Shown: one piece after another, positions 38,301-48,010 of the stretch
Numbering within the stretch: position 1 is the first letter of the stretch
How the letters are laid out: every line of letters starts with the position of its first letter
NCBI GenBank assembly: GCA_002716745.1
Contig: PBBW01000001.1
Location: forward strand, 1 to 54,189
Direction of reading: 5' to 3'
Length of the DNA stretch: 54,189 bases
DNA from: Gammaproteobacteria bacterium
GTDB taxonomy: Bacteria; Pseudomonadota; Gammaproteobacteria; Magnimaribacterales; TMED112
Program-made: the position numbers and the translations under genes
Notes under the pieces: generated by a model
Told to the model about the DNA's origin: nothing
Databases searched by the model: none
What the model saw: the letters and a program-made list of their open reading frames with translations, nothing else

Positions 38301-39757
38301 TGATTTCAGTAAAATTGGTATCTGAACCTGGAGTGGGGATTGTTGCAGCTGGAGTTGTAAAAGCAAATGCAGATTTTATAACAATCTCTGGTCATGATGG
38401 TGGAACTGGCGCTAGCCCAATATCCTCCATAAGACATGCAGGATCACCTTGGGAAACTGGTATGTTTGAAACTCAGAATATTCTTCTTGAAAGCAACCTT
38501 CGTTCTTATGTAAAACTTCAAACAGATGGTGGACTTAAAACTGGCCAAGATGTAATTAAAGCAGCTATCTTCGGAGCAGATTCATTTGGTTTTGGAACAG
38601 CACCAATGATAGCGATGGGCTGTAAATATCTACGAATTTGTCATCTAAACAACTGTGCGACAGGAGTTGCCACTCAACACGTAAAAATCATCGATGAACA
38701 ATTTAATGGCGAGGTTCAAAAAGTTCAAAACTTTTTTCTATTCGTTGCTGAAGAGGTTAGAGAATATTTAGCAAATTTAGGATATAAAAGCCTTGATGAA
38801 ATTATTGGTAACACAGCTTTACTTAATTATAAGAATGGATTTGAGGAGAAAGGGGAGAGGCTTGGGCTAGACGCTCTAAAAGAGAGATTTAGACCTAACA
38901 AAAGACAATTCAATACTAACAAGAATAAAATTAATTCAGATTTAAATGATTATTCTCTTTCAACACAAATAGATAAAAAATTACAGACTAATATCTCAAA
39001 AGGGAAGGGTGGTTCATTCTCTTTCAATATACAAAATACTCATCGATCTATTGGGGCAAAGCTTGCTGGAATCATTGCAAAAAAATACGGAAAAAATGGG
39101 TTTCCAGAAAAACTTACTTTAAATTTTAAAGGCACAGCAGGCCAAAGCTTTGGATGTTGGAATTCAAAAGGTGTTGATTTGATCTTGAAAGGTTCTGCAA
39201 ATGATTATGTAGGCAAAGGAATGAATGGAGGCAAAATAATTATTTTAAAATCAAAATCTCTTAGAGAAAAAAGATCAGTTATAGCTGGAAATACATGTTT
39301 ATTTGGCGCAACTGGCGGCGAATTCTTTGGGAATGGTACTGTAGGCGAAAGATTTGCAGTTAGAAATTCTGGTGCTAAAGCCATTATTGAAGGTGCTGGA
39401 GATCATTGTTGTGAATATATGACTGGCGGTGAAGTAGTAATTTTAGGGCCAGTTGGTAATAATTTTGGTGCAGGAATGACTGGAGGTTTTGCGTATGTAT
39501 TTGATGAGGATAGAAGTTTTGTAGACAAATGTAACAAAGATCTAGTCTCTTTCAACAGGATTACAAGCCAAGATATGGAGGCACATAGGTCTTATTTAAA
39601 GGATAGGATATATAGGTTTCTAACCGAAACAAAAAGTAAAGTAGCTGAAGAAATTCTTGGAGATTTTGATAGATATCAGAGTCTTTTCTGGATCGTTACT
39701 CCAGACGCTGAAAACCTCTCTAGAATAATCAAAAATACAAGAGAGGAAGCTGCATAA
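35354..39757 (+). CDS. gltB: Glutamate synthase (NADPH) large subunit
   Basis: Ntn amidotransferase Cys after a short propeptide (KDNCGTGVI), an FMN/3Fe-4S central domain, a GXGXG beta-helix C-terminal domain, 1467 aa. Confidence 0.97.
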   Translation: MSNKPSHKDNCGTGVIFSKTNTPSNSIIFRSLLSLSKMKHRGAVSHDGETPDGCGILIDLDRKFFQKVLLDEQKIILPSNFAVGVFFVNNQFNFYETIEKICNEHDVDIIAKREINTDKKLLGNVAAKSCPSIYQLFVKPKKEESGGLEINLYKIKKLVDKKFNPENEIYCVSLSSQTIVYKGLVQPKNFSKFYTDLSTKEHVSASAVFHIRFSTNTSPKWHLAQPYRVLAHNGEINTISGNRNWAHARTKIFSSDKLGNLNAYEPLIGQTGSDSSSLDHILDLFTNGGINIGRAARMLIPPSWQNTDLMDADEKAFHEYNSMHMEAWDGPAFVCYQNKDFTSCFLDRNGLRPARIEIFDDDTVSVASEVGSNYIDDVKPINTGRLGPGGLLLFDRKNINLLLDEDVDKMLSKSNPYREWLKQKSKHLEANLHEYSGPQMREISDAYFNDSAKTFQLSQEEINTLFQYSEHGGEPTGSMGDDTPIAPLSNKIRSIYDYCRQRFAQVTNPPIDSLREKSAMSLETCIGPELNIFQETSEHAERIVVNSPILSHKKFNLLIKNKKFKTSRFSLEYDRSEQLEDAMKNLLTEIINSVQSGCSIIVLDEKQTTKNKPVINALLMTSALHHELIEKNLRVKANIIVNTASARDNHQIACLIGFGATCVHPWLGLQTILKQSHKSRTDFSTSELCVSYRKSLNKGLLKIMSKMGISNVSSYRGAGLFEVVGLSDKINNICFPKNFSYIKGECFQDFHAKALAVIDCNVDDNIIAKGLHKYVHGGEQHAYNPDTVTSLQNSLKNNSFKEFRKFTSTIDNRTPLAVRDFFEFRSNKPSINVNDVEPIESILKRFDSAGMSLGSLSPKAHETLAAAMNGLGCRSNSGEGGEDVKRYGTNIESKIKQVASGRFGVTPNYLANAEVIQIKIAQGAKPGEGGQLPGSKVDSYIAGLRYSKPGITLISPPPHHDIYSIEDLAQLIFDLKEVNPKAMISVKLVSEPGVGIVAAGVVKANADFITISGHDGGTGASPISSIRHAGSPWETGMFETQNILLESNLRSYVKLQTDGGLKTGQDVIKAAIFGADSFGFGTAPMIAMGCKYLRICHLNNCATGVATQHVKIIDEQFNGEVQKVQNFFLFVAEEVREYLANLGYKSLDEIIGNTALLNYKNGFEEKGERLGLDALKERFRPNKRQFNTNKNKINSDLNDYSLSTQIDKKLQTNISKGKGGSFSFNIQNTHRSIGAKLAGIIAKKYGKNGFPEKLTLNFKGTAGQSFGCWNSKGVDLILKGSANDYVGKGMNGGKIIILKSKSLREKRSVIAGNTCLFGATGGEFFGNGTVGERFAVRNSGAKAIIEGAGDHCCEYMTGGEVVILGPVGNNFGAGMTGGFAYVFDEDRSFVDKCNKDLVSFNRITSQDMEAHRSYLKDRIYRFLTETKSKVAEEILGDFDRYQSLFWIVTPDAENLSRIIKNTREEAA

Positions 39758-41166
39758 TGTCTGAGAAAAATTTTGAGTTCATAAACATTCAAAGGATAGA
39801 ACCCGAGGTAAAACCACTGGAAATTAGGAAAGTAAAATTTGATGAAATTTATGAAAAACAAAGTTTGAGAGAAGCCAAAGAACAATCTAGTCGCTGTTTG
39901 GACTGTGGCAACCCCTATTGTGAATGGAAATGTCCGCTACATAACTATATTCCTAATTGGCTAAAGCTTGTAGAGGAGGGGGAGATAGAACAGGCAGCAG
40001 ATCTGTGTCATGAAACAAATGCATTTCCTGAAATTTGTGGGCGAATTTGTCCTCAAGAAAAATTGTGTGAGGGAGCATGCACCCTAAATACTGGATATGA
40101 AGCAGTTACTATTGGACAAGTTGAAAAATTTATTTCAGACACAGCACTAGAAAGAGGGTGGAAACCAAAAAAAATCACAAATAATAAATTAGATATTCAT
40201 GTCTCAATAATTGGTGCTGGACCTGCTGGGCTAGCATGCGCTGAAACACTTATAAGAAGGGGAGCAAATTGTACAGTTTACGATAGATACAAAGAAATAG
40301 GCGGGTTATTAACTTATGGAATTCCAGAATTTAAACTAGAAAAAAAAGTTATCAAACGAAGAAGAAAAATTCTTGAGGAACTGGGTGTAAAGTTTGTAAT
40401 GGAGTTTGATGTTGATGCTAAGAACTTGCATAAAATTGAATCAAAGAGTGATGCAATTTTTTTGGGTTTAGGAGTCTATGAATCAATCAAAAGCAATATT
40501 GAAGGTGATGAAAAGGATGGAGTCGTTGAAGCTCTTCCTTATCTAATTAAAAATACTGAATATTTAATGGATATTGATGATCCCCTAAAAATGGATTTTT
40601 CTGATCAAAAGGTTGTTGTTTTGGGGGGTGGTGATACTGCAATGGATTGTGTGAGAACAGCCCTTCGACAAAAGGCAACCTCTGTAACTTGTGTCTACAG
40701 AAGAGATAAAGAAAATATGCCAGGATCAATAAAAGAGGTAAATCATGCAATGGAGGAAGGTGTAAAGTTTATATTTAATGCTCAACCAAAGCGCTTAGTT
40801 GGAAATGGATCAATTAAACAATTAGAAATTATAAAAACAAAGCTTGGAAATATTGATTCAACCGGAAGAAGGAAACCAATCCTTATAGATGGATCTGAAG
40901 AGTTATTGGATATTGATAAACTAGTTATTGCTTTTGGTTACAGCAGCTCACCACAACCTTTTATGGAAAAAGAAAAAATTAATTTAGAAGAAGACGGGCT
41001 TGTAAGTCTCACAAACCAAAAATATAAATATCAAACTAGTAATCCAAAATATTTTGCTGGTGGAGATATGGTAATAGGATCAAGTCTTGCAGTGCATGCA
41101 ATTGCACACGGAAGAGATGCAGCTAAGGAAATTTTAGGTTATATCAGTGATAAAACTGGAAAATAG
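39757..41166 (+). CDS. gltD: Glutamate synthase (NADPH) small subunit
   Basis: N-terminal Cys clusters (CLDCGNPYCEWKCP, CGRICPQEKLCEGAC) and the GAGPAGLA dinucleotide motif. Its start overlaps the gltB stop. Confidence 0.95.
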   Translation: MSEKNFEFINIQRIEPEVKPLEIRKVKFDEIYEKQSLREAKEQSSRCLDCGNPYCEWKCPLHNYIPNWLKLVEEGEIEQAADLCHETNAFPEICGRICPQEKLCEGACTLNTGYEAVTIGQVEKFISDTALERGWKPKKITNNKLDIHVSIIGAGPAGLACAETLIRRGANCTVYDRYKEIGGLLTYGIPEFKLEKKVIKRRRKILEELGVKFVMEFDVDAKNLHKIESKSDAIFLGLGVYESIKSNIEGDEKDGVVEALPYLIKNTEYLMDIDDPLKMDFSDQKVVVLGGGDTAMDCVRTALRQKATSVTCVYRRDKENMPGSIKEVNHAMEEGVKFIFNAQPKRLVGNGSIKQLEIIKTKLGNIDSTGRRKPILIDGSEELLDIDKLVIAFGYSSSPQPFMEKEKINLEEDGLVSLTNQKYKYQTSNPKYFAGGDMVIGSSLAVHAIAHGRDAAKEILGYISDKTGK

Positions 41167-41243
41167 CCGTAATGAAGAATAATTTAGCTTCTAAGCAATA
41201 ATTTGGATAAATAGATGTTGTGGTAAGTAAAAATACAAAAAAA

Positions 41244-41265
41244 GGGCTCTCAGAGCCCTTTTTTA
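41244..41265. terminator. Bidirectional rho-independent terminator (A-tract, GGGCUCU-c-AGAGCCC, T-tract) between gltD and the convergent gene
   Basis: Sequence aaaaaaaGGGCTCTCAGAGCCCtttttt read directly. Confidence 0.8.
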
Positions 41266-41273
41266 TAACATAT

Positions 41274-41669
41274 TTAAGCTTTTTTAATCCAAGTACGCGC
41301 TAATTGCATAAAAAGTACAAGAACTACAAAAAATACACCAACTGCTTTACCTGGTCCAAGCGGATTTTCTGAGTAAGCAGCAAGTCTAGAACCACTTTCA
41401 GCACCTATATCAATCAATAGGGCGGAATATGTCTCGAGAATACCACCGGCTACTTGACCGTTAAAAAACACAAATCCAGCAACACATAGATAAAAAAGAG
41501 ATGAAAGTACCTTAGAAATCATAGGAGCATTGCCATCTTCGTAAATTGCATTAGCAAAACGAAAACCAAGCCATGTTAAAAGTACCATACCAACAAAATA
41601 CATTGCGTTACTAACAAAAGATAAATTCATTAAATTCAATAATTGATATTCATCCATAATTTTCTCCAA
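41274..41669 (-). CDS. Hypothetical membrane protein (3-4 hydrophobic segments)
   Basis: ORF preceded by GGAGA. No family recognised. Confidence 0.45.
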   Translation of the reverse strand: MEKIMDEYQLLNLMNLSFVSNAMYFVGMVLLTWLGFRFANAIYEDGNAPMISKVLSSLFYLCVAGFVFFNGQVAGGILETYSALLIDIGAESGSRLAAYSENPLGPGKAVGVFFVVLVLFMQLARTWIKKA

Positions 41670-41902
41670 GGGAATAATTTCCCATCTAACAAATATTTAC
41701 ACAAAGTAGGGGTAAAGACTAGATAATTTCACAAAAAATACTTTCTTTTTAACATCATATTTATATTCGTATAATATATATTATGTTAAATATATTGTGA
41801 TAAGAAATGGGCTATAAAATATGTACGAATCCCTTTTTTAATGCGGTATTTAAAAGATTATATTATGTAGATGGTAAATTTATTTAACATAATATTTGAT
41901 GA

Positions 41903-42376
41903 TCATGAGAACCATGAGTGTTTTCCAAATTTATTTCTTTCAACACGATGTTTTGTATTAATATAATGTTCAAAACCCTTCAGAACGTTATTAATGTAGC
42001 CTTGCAATTTAAATTTTATGTAAAAATTCCATGCTACCCATCTTACTATTCGATTTTTGTAGGGTAACCTAGGGTTTATTCTCACTCTTAAACTAGAATT
42101 TTCTTTAGATCCTTCAACTATCCATTGGACTTTAGCTATTTTTTTATTTCTTCCAATTTCTAAAACATAACCATTTTCATCCCACTCAATGAAATCTCTC
42201 TTATATTTAAGACCATTAAGATATTCTATTTCGTCTACAGAACCTTTTCCAGGCCACTTTAGTGCATTATTTTCTTTGCAAAACGGATGATAATCATTAA
42301 GATTGCCGGGCCTTCTTATCTCATTAAGTATCTCTTTCTTGCTCTTCTTAAATCTTCTCTTTGCTTCAACGTACAT
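41903..42376 (-). CDS. Hypothetical protein, possibly of the SRPBCC/START-like fold
   Basis: 157-aa ORF overlapping the upstream GNAT gene by 11 nt. Only weak pattern resemblance, so the family is not established. Confidence 0.4.
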   Translation of the reverse strand: MYVEAKRRFKKSKKEILNEIRRPGNLNDYHPFCKENNALKWPGKGSVDEIEYLNGLKYKRDFIEWDENGYVLEIGRNKKIAKVQWIVEGSKENSSLRVRINPRLPYKNRIVRWVAWNFYIKFKLQGYINNVLKGFEHYINTKHRVERNKFGKHSWFS

Positions 42377-42869
42377 ATTTTTCTAAATATACAACTTCAT
42401 GTTCATTATTTATAAGTCTTTTAGAGGTTTCTTTAAACCCTAATTTTCTATGAAAATTTAAAGATATCTCATTCATTGGCTTAACGTTCACTTCCGCACA
42501 AAATCTGGCATTACTGAAATCATCAATATTAAATACATAATTATATAGTTCTGTGCCAATTCCTTGATTTTCAAGGTCTCGAGGCACTCCAACCCTATCA
42601 ATATAGCAAAATTTCGAAAATTTGCCGTTAAAGTGCCGATAATTTTGAGAATGATAATTGCTTTGTTCCTTAAAACACACTATATATCCTGCTAATTGAT
42701 GATTTTTTAATGCATAAAAGCTATGTGACGACATCTCTATCAGGCTGCATAGTTCTTCGGGACTCTCTAAGCTTCCTACCATTGGAGCGAGCAGCTCATT
42801 AAGTTTATATACGTCATTAAGAATACTCTGTGTGGCTTCCTTAAGACATAGAACTCTTAATTTAGGCAT
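42366..42869 (-). CDS. GNAT family N-acetyltransferase
   Basis: Acetyl-CoA binding motif A (IDRVGVPRDLENQGIGTELY) and typical size. Confidence 0.7.
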   Translation of the reverse strand: MPKLRVLCLKEATQSILNDVYKLNELLAPMVGSLESPEELCSLIEMSSHSFYALKNHQLAGYIVCFKEQSNYHSQNYRHFNGKFSKFCYIDRVGVPRDLENQGIGTELYNYVFNIDDFSNARFCAEVNVKPMNEISLNFHRKLGFKETSKRLINNEHEVVYLEKYVR

Positions 42870-42871
42870 TA

Positions 42872-43885
42872 TTACTCTCCCTCTCGGTCTCCATTGATAT
42901 CAAACCGAGATAAAAATGACCATATTAATGAGGATCCATCGATATCTGAATTACTGAAAGAATTAACTTGAAAATAAGGCCAATTATGATCAAATCCACT
43001 AAGCACAACATATTCAACATTCACATTATTGAGGCATTCTGAATATATATTTGTACTCCATACGTTGCCATCAAAATTTTTATCGGAACCCTCTAAGATC
43101 GAAACTTTTGTACAATCGTTAAATTCTTTCCAAAAATTTATTACATCCTCTACATTTTCATGATATTCACTACCATCAATAGGGATTTGTAGGTCTGCAT
43201 CACCATGAATGTGCAAAACTGGCATTGTATGTATTGGGTTGCAGCTAGAAATTGAGCCAATATCCATAGATCCAGAAACTGCAGCTATGCCAGCAATCCT
43301 TTCACTCAAGTTACATGCCAAACTATATGCCATAAAAGCTCCATTTGAAAAGCCCGTTGCATAAATTCTGTCCAAATCTATATTTAGATTAATTTCACTT
43401 GAAAGAGAGTCTAAAATAAAATCTATGTATCCTAAATCACAAACTTCACTTGTATCGCATGTTCCTGTAAACCAACCTGTTGAACCTTTATCCTCTGCAA
43501 CTGATCCTTGAGGAAAAAGAGCAATAAATTCATTTTCCTCAGCTAAATCAGAAAATCCGGTGTAGCTAATATTTGCCTCAGAGGTGTCGTCACCACCGTG
43601 CAGACTTATAAGCAACGGTAAATCTTCACTCTCTGAAGAGTAGCTAGAGGGAAGGTAGTAAGAAAATTGACGATTTAAATCGTTATATGTAACTGTGCAG
43701 TTAATAATTTTTCCTGCAGCTGTTTCGGAGCACTCTGGTTCAGTAATTGGATTTGGGCTTGGGTGGGAAGCATCAAAAGATTTATCTGATGCCCCTTCTC
43801 CGCCACAGGAAGTAATTAATAAAGCACCTAGAAAGAAATATAAATGTTTCACAAAGATAAGGAATTTTTTATAAACAAGTGACAT
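42872..43885 (-). CDS. Lipoprotein esterase of the alpha/beta-hydrolase fold (PHB depolymerase/feruloyl esterase-like family)
   Basis: Lipobox LLITSC, LHGG oxyanion region, GFSNGA nucleophile elbow, and a late His (DHNWP). Confidence 0.65.
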   Translation of the reverse strand: MSLVYKKFLIFVKHLYFFLGALLITSCGGEGASDKSFDASHPSPNPITEPECSETAAGKIINCTVTYNDLNRQFSYYLPSSYSSESEDLPLLISLHGGDDTSEANISYTGFSDLAEENEFIALFPQGSVAEDKGSTGWFTGTCDTSEVCDLGYIDFILDSLSSEINLNIDLDRIYATGFSNGAFMAYSLACNLSERIAGIAAVSGSMDIGSISSCNPIHTMPVLHIHGDADLQIPIDGSEYHENVEDVINFWKEFNDCTKVSILEGSDKNFDGNVWSTNIYSECLNNVNVEYVVLSGFDHNWPYFQVNSFSNSDIDGSSLIWSFLSRFDINGDREGE

Positions 43886-43915
43886 TTTAACTCAACTCTT
43901 TACAATTAGACCCTC

Positions 43916-44134
43916 ATGGCTAATAAAGATGTAATTGAAATGCAGGGAAAAGTTATTGAAGTGCTCCCAAACACTGTTTTTCGCGTAAAGCTTGAAAATG
44001 ATCACACTATAACAGCTCATATATCTGGAAAGATGCGAAAGAATTATATCCGAATCTTAAATGGTGACAACGTGACTGTGGAGATGTCCCCATATGACTT
44101 ATCAAAAGGAAGAATAACTTTTAGAACTAAGTAA
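43916..44134 (+). CDS. infA: Translation initiation factor IF-1
   Basis: 72 aa, with [40 protein letters not shown]. Confidence 0.97.
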   Translation: MANKDVIEMQGKVIEVLPNTVFRVKLENDHTITAHISGKMRKNYIRILNGDNVTVEMSPYDLSKGRITFRTK

Positions 44135-46346
44135 CTTTTAACTTTGTGCCGGCTTTAAATTTAAGCTTGTTCTTTATTAGCTCGACTAATACTACGTCAC
44201 CCTTCTTAGCCTTATCTTCGATAATGAGATTTGCTATTGGTTTTTTAACTTCTTTTTCGACAATTCTAGCTATTGGCCTTGCGCCTAATTTAGTATCAGT
44301 ATTTTTTTGTAAAATAAATTCCACGACGTTTGAATCATATTCCAGATCAATTCCCTTTTGATTAAGTTTGGTTTGAACTTCTATTAAAAATTTCTCAACT
44401 ACTGCATGTAGATTCTGATTATCAAGCTTATTAAAGTTGACGATTCCATCAAGTCTATTTCTGAACTCAGGCGTAAAAGATTTTGAGACAGCTTTCTGAT
44501 ATTTGTCATCACTTGCTTGTTCAATAAAACCAACAGAATCATTTTCTGCTTCAACTGCACCAGTATTTGACGTCATAACTATTAGAGTATTTTTAAAGTT
44601 TATTTTTCTACCATTGCTATCTGAAAGGTTTCCATAATCAAGAATCTGAAGAAGAATATTGAATATATCTGGATGCGCTTTCTCAATCTCATCTAACAAC
44701 AATACACAATGCTGTTTTTTATTAATTTCTTCCGTTAACAGACCACCCTGCTCATAACCAACATATCCTGGAGGCGATCCTATAAGTTTCGATACAGTAT
44801 GTTTCTCCATGTATTCAGACATATCTATTCTTGTAAATTCAATTCCTAAAAAAAATGCTATTTGTTTTGTGAGCTCAGTTTTACCTACCCCAGTTGGACC
44901 AGTAAAGAGGAATGAACATATTGGTTTATCTTCATTTCCTATCCCTGCTTTTGAAGTTTTGATTGCAGAAACAACAGATTCAACTGCATGATCTTGGCCA
45001 AAAATAACTGACTTCAAGTTTCCTTCAAGATTATTAAGATTTTCTTTATTTGTTGCGGTCAGCTGAACTGCTGGTATATTCGTAATGCTAGATATCAGAG
45101 ACTCAATATCTGATTTTCTAATAACATTGCCTGTTTTTTTATTTAATTTTTTCCTGGATCCAGCCTCATCGATTAGGTCTATCGCTTTGTCAGGAAGTTT
45201 TGAATCTTGTAAGTATTTATTAGAAAGCTCCACTGCTGATTTTAGAGCTTCTTTTGAGTAAGATACCTCATGATATTCCTCGAATTTATATTTCAAACCT
45301 TCAATGATTTTGAGAGCCTGGTCAATTGTAGGCTCTTCAATTGATATTTTCTGAAATCTTCTAGAAAGGGAGTTATTTTTTTCAAAAATTTGACGGTATT
45401 CTTTATATGTTGTTGCTCCAATACATCTTATATCTCCTCGAGCAAGAGCGGGCTTGAGTAAATTTGAGGCATCAAGTGCTCCCCCGGATGCTGAACCAGC
45501 CCCTATAATTGTGTGGATTTCATCCACAAACAGAATAATTTTTTCATTTTTTTGTAAATACTCAGTTAGTGACTTCATCTTTTTTTCAAAATCTCCCCTG
45601 TATTTTGTTCCTGAGACAAGACTGCCAACATCTAATGACATGATTTCATAGTCCTGAAAAATTTTGGGGCATCTTTTTTCTGAGATCGCTTTAGCTAGCC
45701 CTTCGGCAATTGCTGTTTTTCCTACACCTGATTCTCCCACCAATATAGGGTTATTTTTTCTTCTTCTCCCTAAAATTTGAAAAAGCCTCTCTGTCGTATC
45801 CTCTCTTCCTATTAGAGGATCAATTTTTCCATCTAGTGCAAGTGAATTTAAATTTGTCAAAAAGTCAGGATAACTCTCTGATGTTTTCTGTGGCTCCTCT
45901 GCTACTTCTTCTGTCTCTACAGATGCTGTTTTTCCGTGAGATATGTAATCAACAACATCAAGACGACTAATATTCCTCCTGTTAAGGATATAAACTGCAT
46001 AACTCTCTTTCTCGGAGAATAATGCAGCTAAAAGGTTTTCACCATGTACCTCAGTTTTGCCACTGGACTGTACATGAAATATTGCTCTTTGTAGCACCCT
46101 CTGAAATGCAAGTGTAGGTTGAATCTCTTTCTTCTCATTAACTTTAGGTACATTTTTTTTGATATGTTCTTTAATTTCTTTTTGTAAACTGGCTATATCC
46201 ACAGATAAAGTTTCAAAAATTTTCCGTGATGACTCCTCTTTAGTAAGCACCAATAATAAGTGCTCTATCGTTACAAATTCCTCATGATTTTCAGAGCAAT
46301 CTTTGAAGAGTTGGTTTAATGAATTTTCTAAATCTTTTGAAAGCAT
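44127..46346 (-). CDS. clpA: ATP-dependent Clp protease ATP-binding subunit ClpA
   Basis: Two AAA+ modules (GESGVGKT and GPTGVGKT Walker A), a Clp N-domain, and clpS upstream. Confidence 0.95.
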   Translation of the reverse strand: MLSKDLENSLNQLFKDCSENHEEFVTIEHLLLVLTKEESSRKIFETLSVDIASLQKEIKEHIKKNVPKVNEKKEIQPTLAFQRVLQRAIFHVQSSGKTEVHGENLLAALFSEKESYAVYILNRRNISRLDVVDYISHGKTASVETEEVAEEPQKTSESYPDFLTNLNSLALDGKIDPLIGREDTTERLFQILGRRRKNNPILVGESGVGKTAIAEGLAKAISEKRCPKIFQDYEIMSLDVGSLVSGTKYRGDFEKKMKSLTEYLQKNEKIILFVDEIHTIIGAGSASGGALDASNLLKPALARGDIRCIGATTYKEYRQIFEKNNSLSRRFQKISIEEPTIDQALKIIEGLKYKFEEYHEVSYSKEALKSAVELSNKYLQDSKLPDKAIDLIDEAGSRKKLNKKTGNVIRKSDIESLISSITNIPAVQLTATNKENLNNLEGNLKSVIFGQDHAVESVVSAIKTSKAGIGNEDKPICSFLFTGPTGVGKTELTKQIAFFLGIEFTRIDMSEYMEKHTVSKLIGSPPGYVGYEQGGLLTEEINKKQHCVLLLDEIEKAHPDIFNILLQILDYGNLSDSNGRKINFKNTLIVMTSNTGAVEAENDSVGFIEQASDDKYQKAVSKSFTPEFRNRLDGIVNFNKLDNQNLHAVVEKFLIEVQTKLNQKGIDLEYDSNVVEFILQKNTDTKLGARPIARIVEKEVKKPIANLIIEDKAKKGDVVLVELIKNKLKFKAGTKLKVT

Positions 46347-46359
46347 ATATCTAATATAT

Positions 46360-46683
46360 CTAATCTTTTGTTAATTCTTCAATATCTGTTTTCAAAGGAT
46401 GGCCACTTTCTTTTGAATAACGATTAATTTGTTGGGACTTTGTTTCTGCAATTTCTTGAGAAAACGCACCACAATACCCCCTCCCCTCATTATGAATTTG
46501 AAGCATTACTTCAGTAGCCTTTGCATGATCATAATTAAGAAATTGTTGAATAACATAAACAACAAACTCCATTGGAGTAAAATCATCATTGAAGAAAACA
46601 ACACAAAAAAGAGGAGGTTTTGACGCTTCTACTTCCGCTTCCTCAAGCTGAATATCTCCAGATGTATACTCTTCTACTGACAT
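46360..46683 (-). CDS. clpS: Clp protease adaptor ClpS
   Basis: About 107 aa, with FNDDFTPMEFVVYVIQ...A...ML.IH..G motifs. Confidence 0.9.
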   Translation of the reverse strand: MSVEEYTSGDIQLEEAEVEASKPPLFCVVFFNDDFTPMEFVVYVIQQFLNYDHAKATEVMLQIHNEGRGYCGAFSQEIAETKSQQINRYSKESGHPLKTDIEELTKD

Positions 46684-46687
46684 TAAA

Positions 46688-47944
46688 TTATTTGAATTTT
46701 TTTATCAACAATCTTCCAAATTCTGAACAGCTAACTTCATTAGCGTCATCAATTAGTCTTGCAAAATCATATGTTACTTTCTTCTTTTGAATAGTTTTTT
46801 CCATTGAATTTATTATAAGATCAGCAGCCTCAGTCCAACCTAAATGTCTAAGCATCATCTCAGCTGAAAGAATTAAAGATCCAGGGTTTACTTTATCTTG
46901 ACCTGCATACTTTGGTGCTGTTCCATGTGTAGCCTCAAAAACTGCAGTCGAATCACCTAAGTTGGCTCCTGGTGCGATACCAATACCTCCTACTTGGGCA
47001 GCAAGTGCATCTGAAATATAATCTCCATTTAAATTTGGTGAAGCAATAACATCATATTCAGCTGGCCTATGTAATATTTGCTGAAGAAAAGCATCACAAA
47101 TCACATCTTTTATAATGATTGGCTTTCCTGTTTTTGGATTTAGAAATGTATGCCAAGGGCCTCCGTCAAACGGTTCTCCATTGAACTCCTCGCGTGCAAG
47201 CTCATATCCCCAGTCTCTGAATGCGCCTTCTGTGAATTTTTGTATGTTTCCTTTATGAATTAATGTTACAGAGTCTCTATTATTCTGTAGCGCATATTCA
47301 AACGACTTTCTAATTAACCTTTTACTGCCTTCTTCAGAAATAGGTTTAATTCCTATACCACAGTTCTCTGTAAATCTAATTTTTTTAACATCAAATTGAG
47401 ATTGTAAAATCTCAATAATTTTGTTTGATTCGTCACTGCCTGATTCAAATTCGACTCCAGCATAGATATCTTCAGAATTTTCTCGGAAGATTACCATATC
47501 TACAAGATCAGGTCGTCTCACAGGGCTTGGAGTTCCATTAAAATATTTTACTGGTCTCAAGCAAACATAAAGATCCAGGACTTGCCTTAAAGCTACGTTT
47601 AGTGATCTTATTCCGCCGCCCACTGGAGTTGTAAGAGGTCCCTTAATAGAAACGATATATTCCTTACATGCCTCTAAAGTTTCGTTTGGAAGCCACTGAT
47701 CATCACCATACACATTCACTGATTTTTCACCACAAAAAATTTCCATCCAACTTATTTCTTTTTTTCCTTGATAAGCAGTATTCACTGCAGCATTTACAAC
47801 ATCAATCATCACTGGTGTAATGTCCACCCCAATACCATCACCTTCAATGTATGGAATAATAGGGTTATCTGGAACAGATAGCTTTCCATTTTTGTGGGTT
47901 ATTTTTTTCCCTTTAGAAGGGATTTTAATTTTTGATCCAGACAT
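46688..47944 (-). CDS. icd: NADP-dependent isocitrate dehydrogenase (homodimeric type)
   Basis: [50 protein letters not shown], 418 aa. Confidence 0.95.
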   Translation of the reverse strand: MSGSKIKIPSKGKKITHKNGKLSVPDNPIIPYIEGDGIGVDITPVMIDVVNAAVNTAYQGKKEISWMEIFCGEKSVNVYGDDQWLPNETLEACKEYIVSIKGPLTTPVGGGIRSLNVALRQVLDLYVCLRPVKYFNGTPSPVRRPDLVDMVIFRENSEDIYAGVEFESGSDESNKIIEILQSQFDVKKIRFTENCGIGIKPISEEGSKRLIRKSFEYALQNNRDSVTLIHKGNIQKFTEGAFRDWGYELAREEFNGEPFDGGPWHTFLNPKTGKPIIIKDVICDAFLQQILHRPAEYDVIASPNLNGDYISDALAAQVGGIGIAPGANLGDSTAVFEATHGTAPKYAGQDKVNPGSLILSAEMMLRHLGWTEAADLIINSMEKTIQKKKVTYDFARLIDDANEVSCSEFGRLLIKKFK

Positions 47945-48010
47945 AGCTTAAAATGAGGCTTGATTATACTTAGATTTACACTAAATATTAAGCCTTAAAT
48001 TACAAATGTA

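Noticed and set aside
41771-41784. 14-bp perfect palindrome ATAATATATATTAT as an operator site
   Set aside because: It is a pure A/T alternation in a very AT-rich spacer. A chance occurrence is likely and it matches no known motif.
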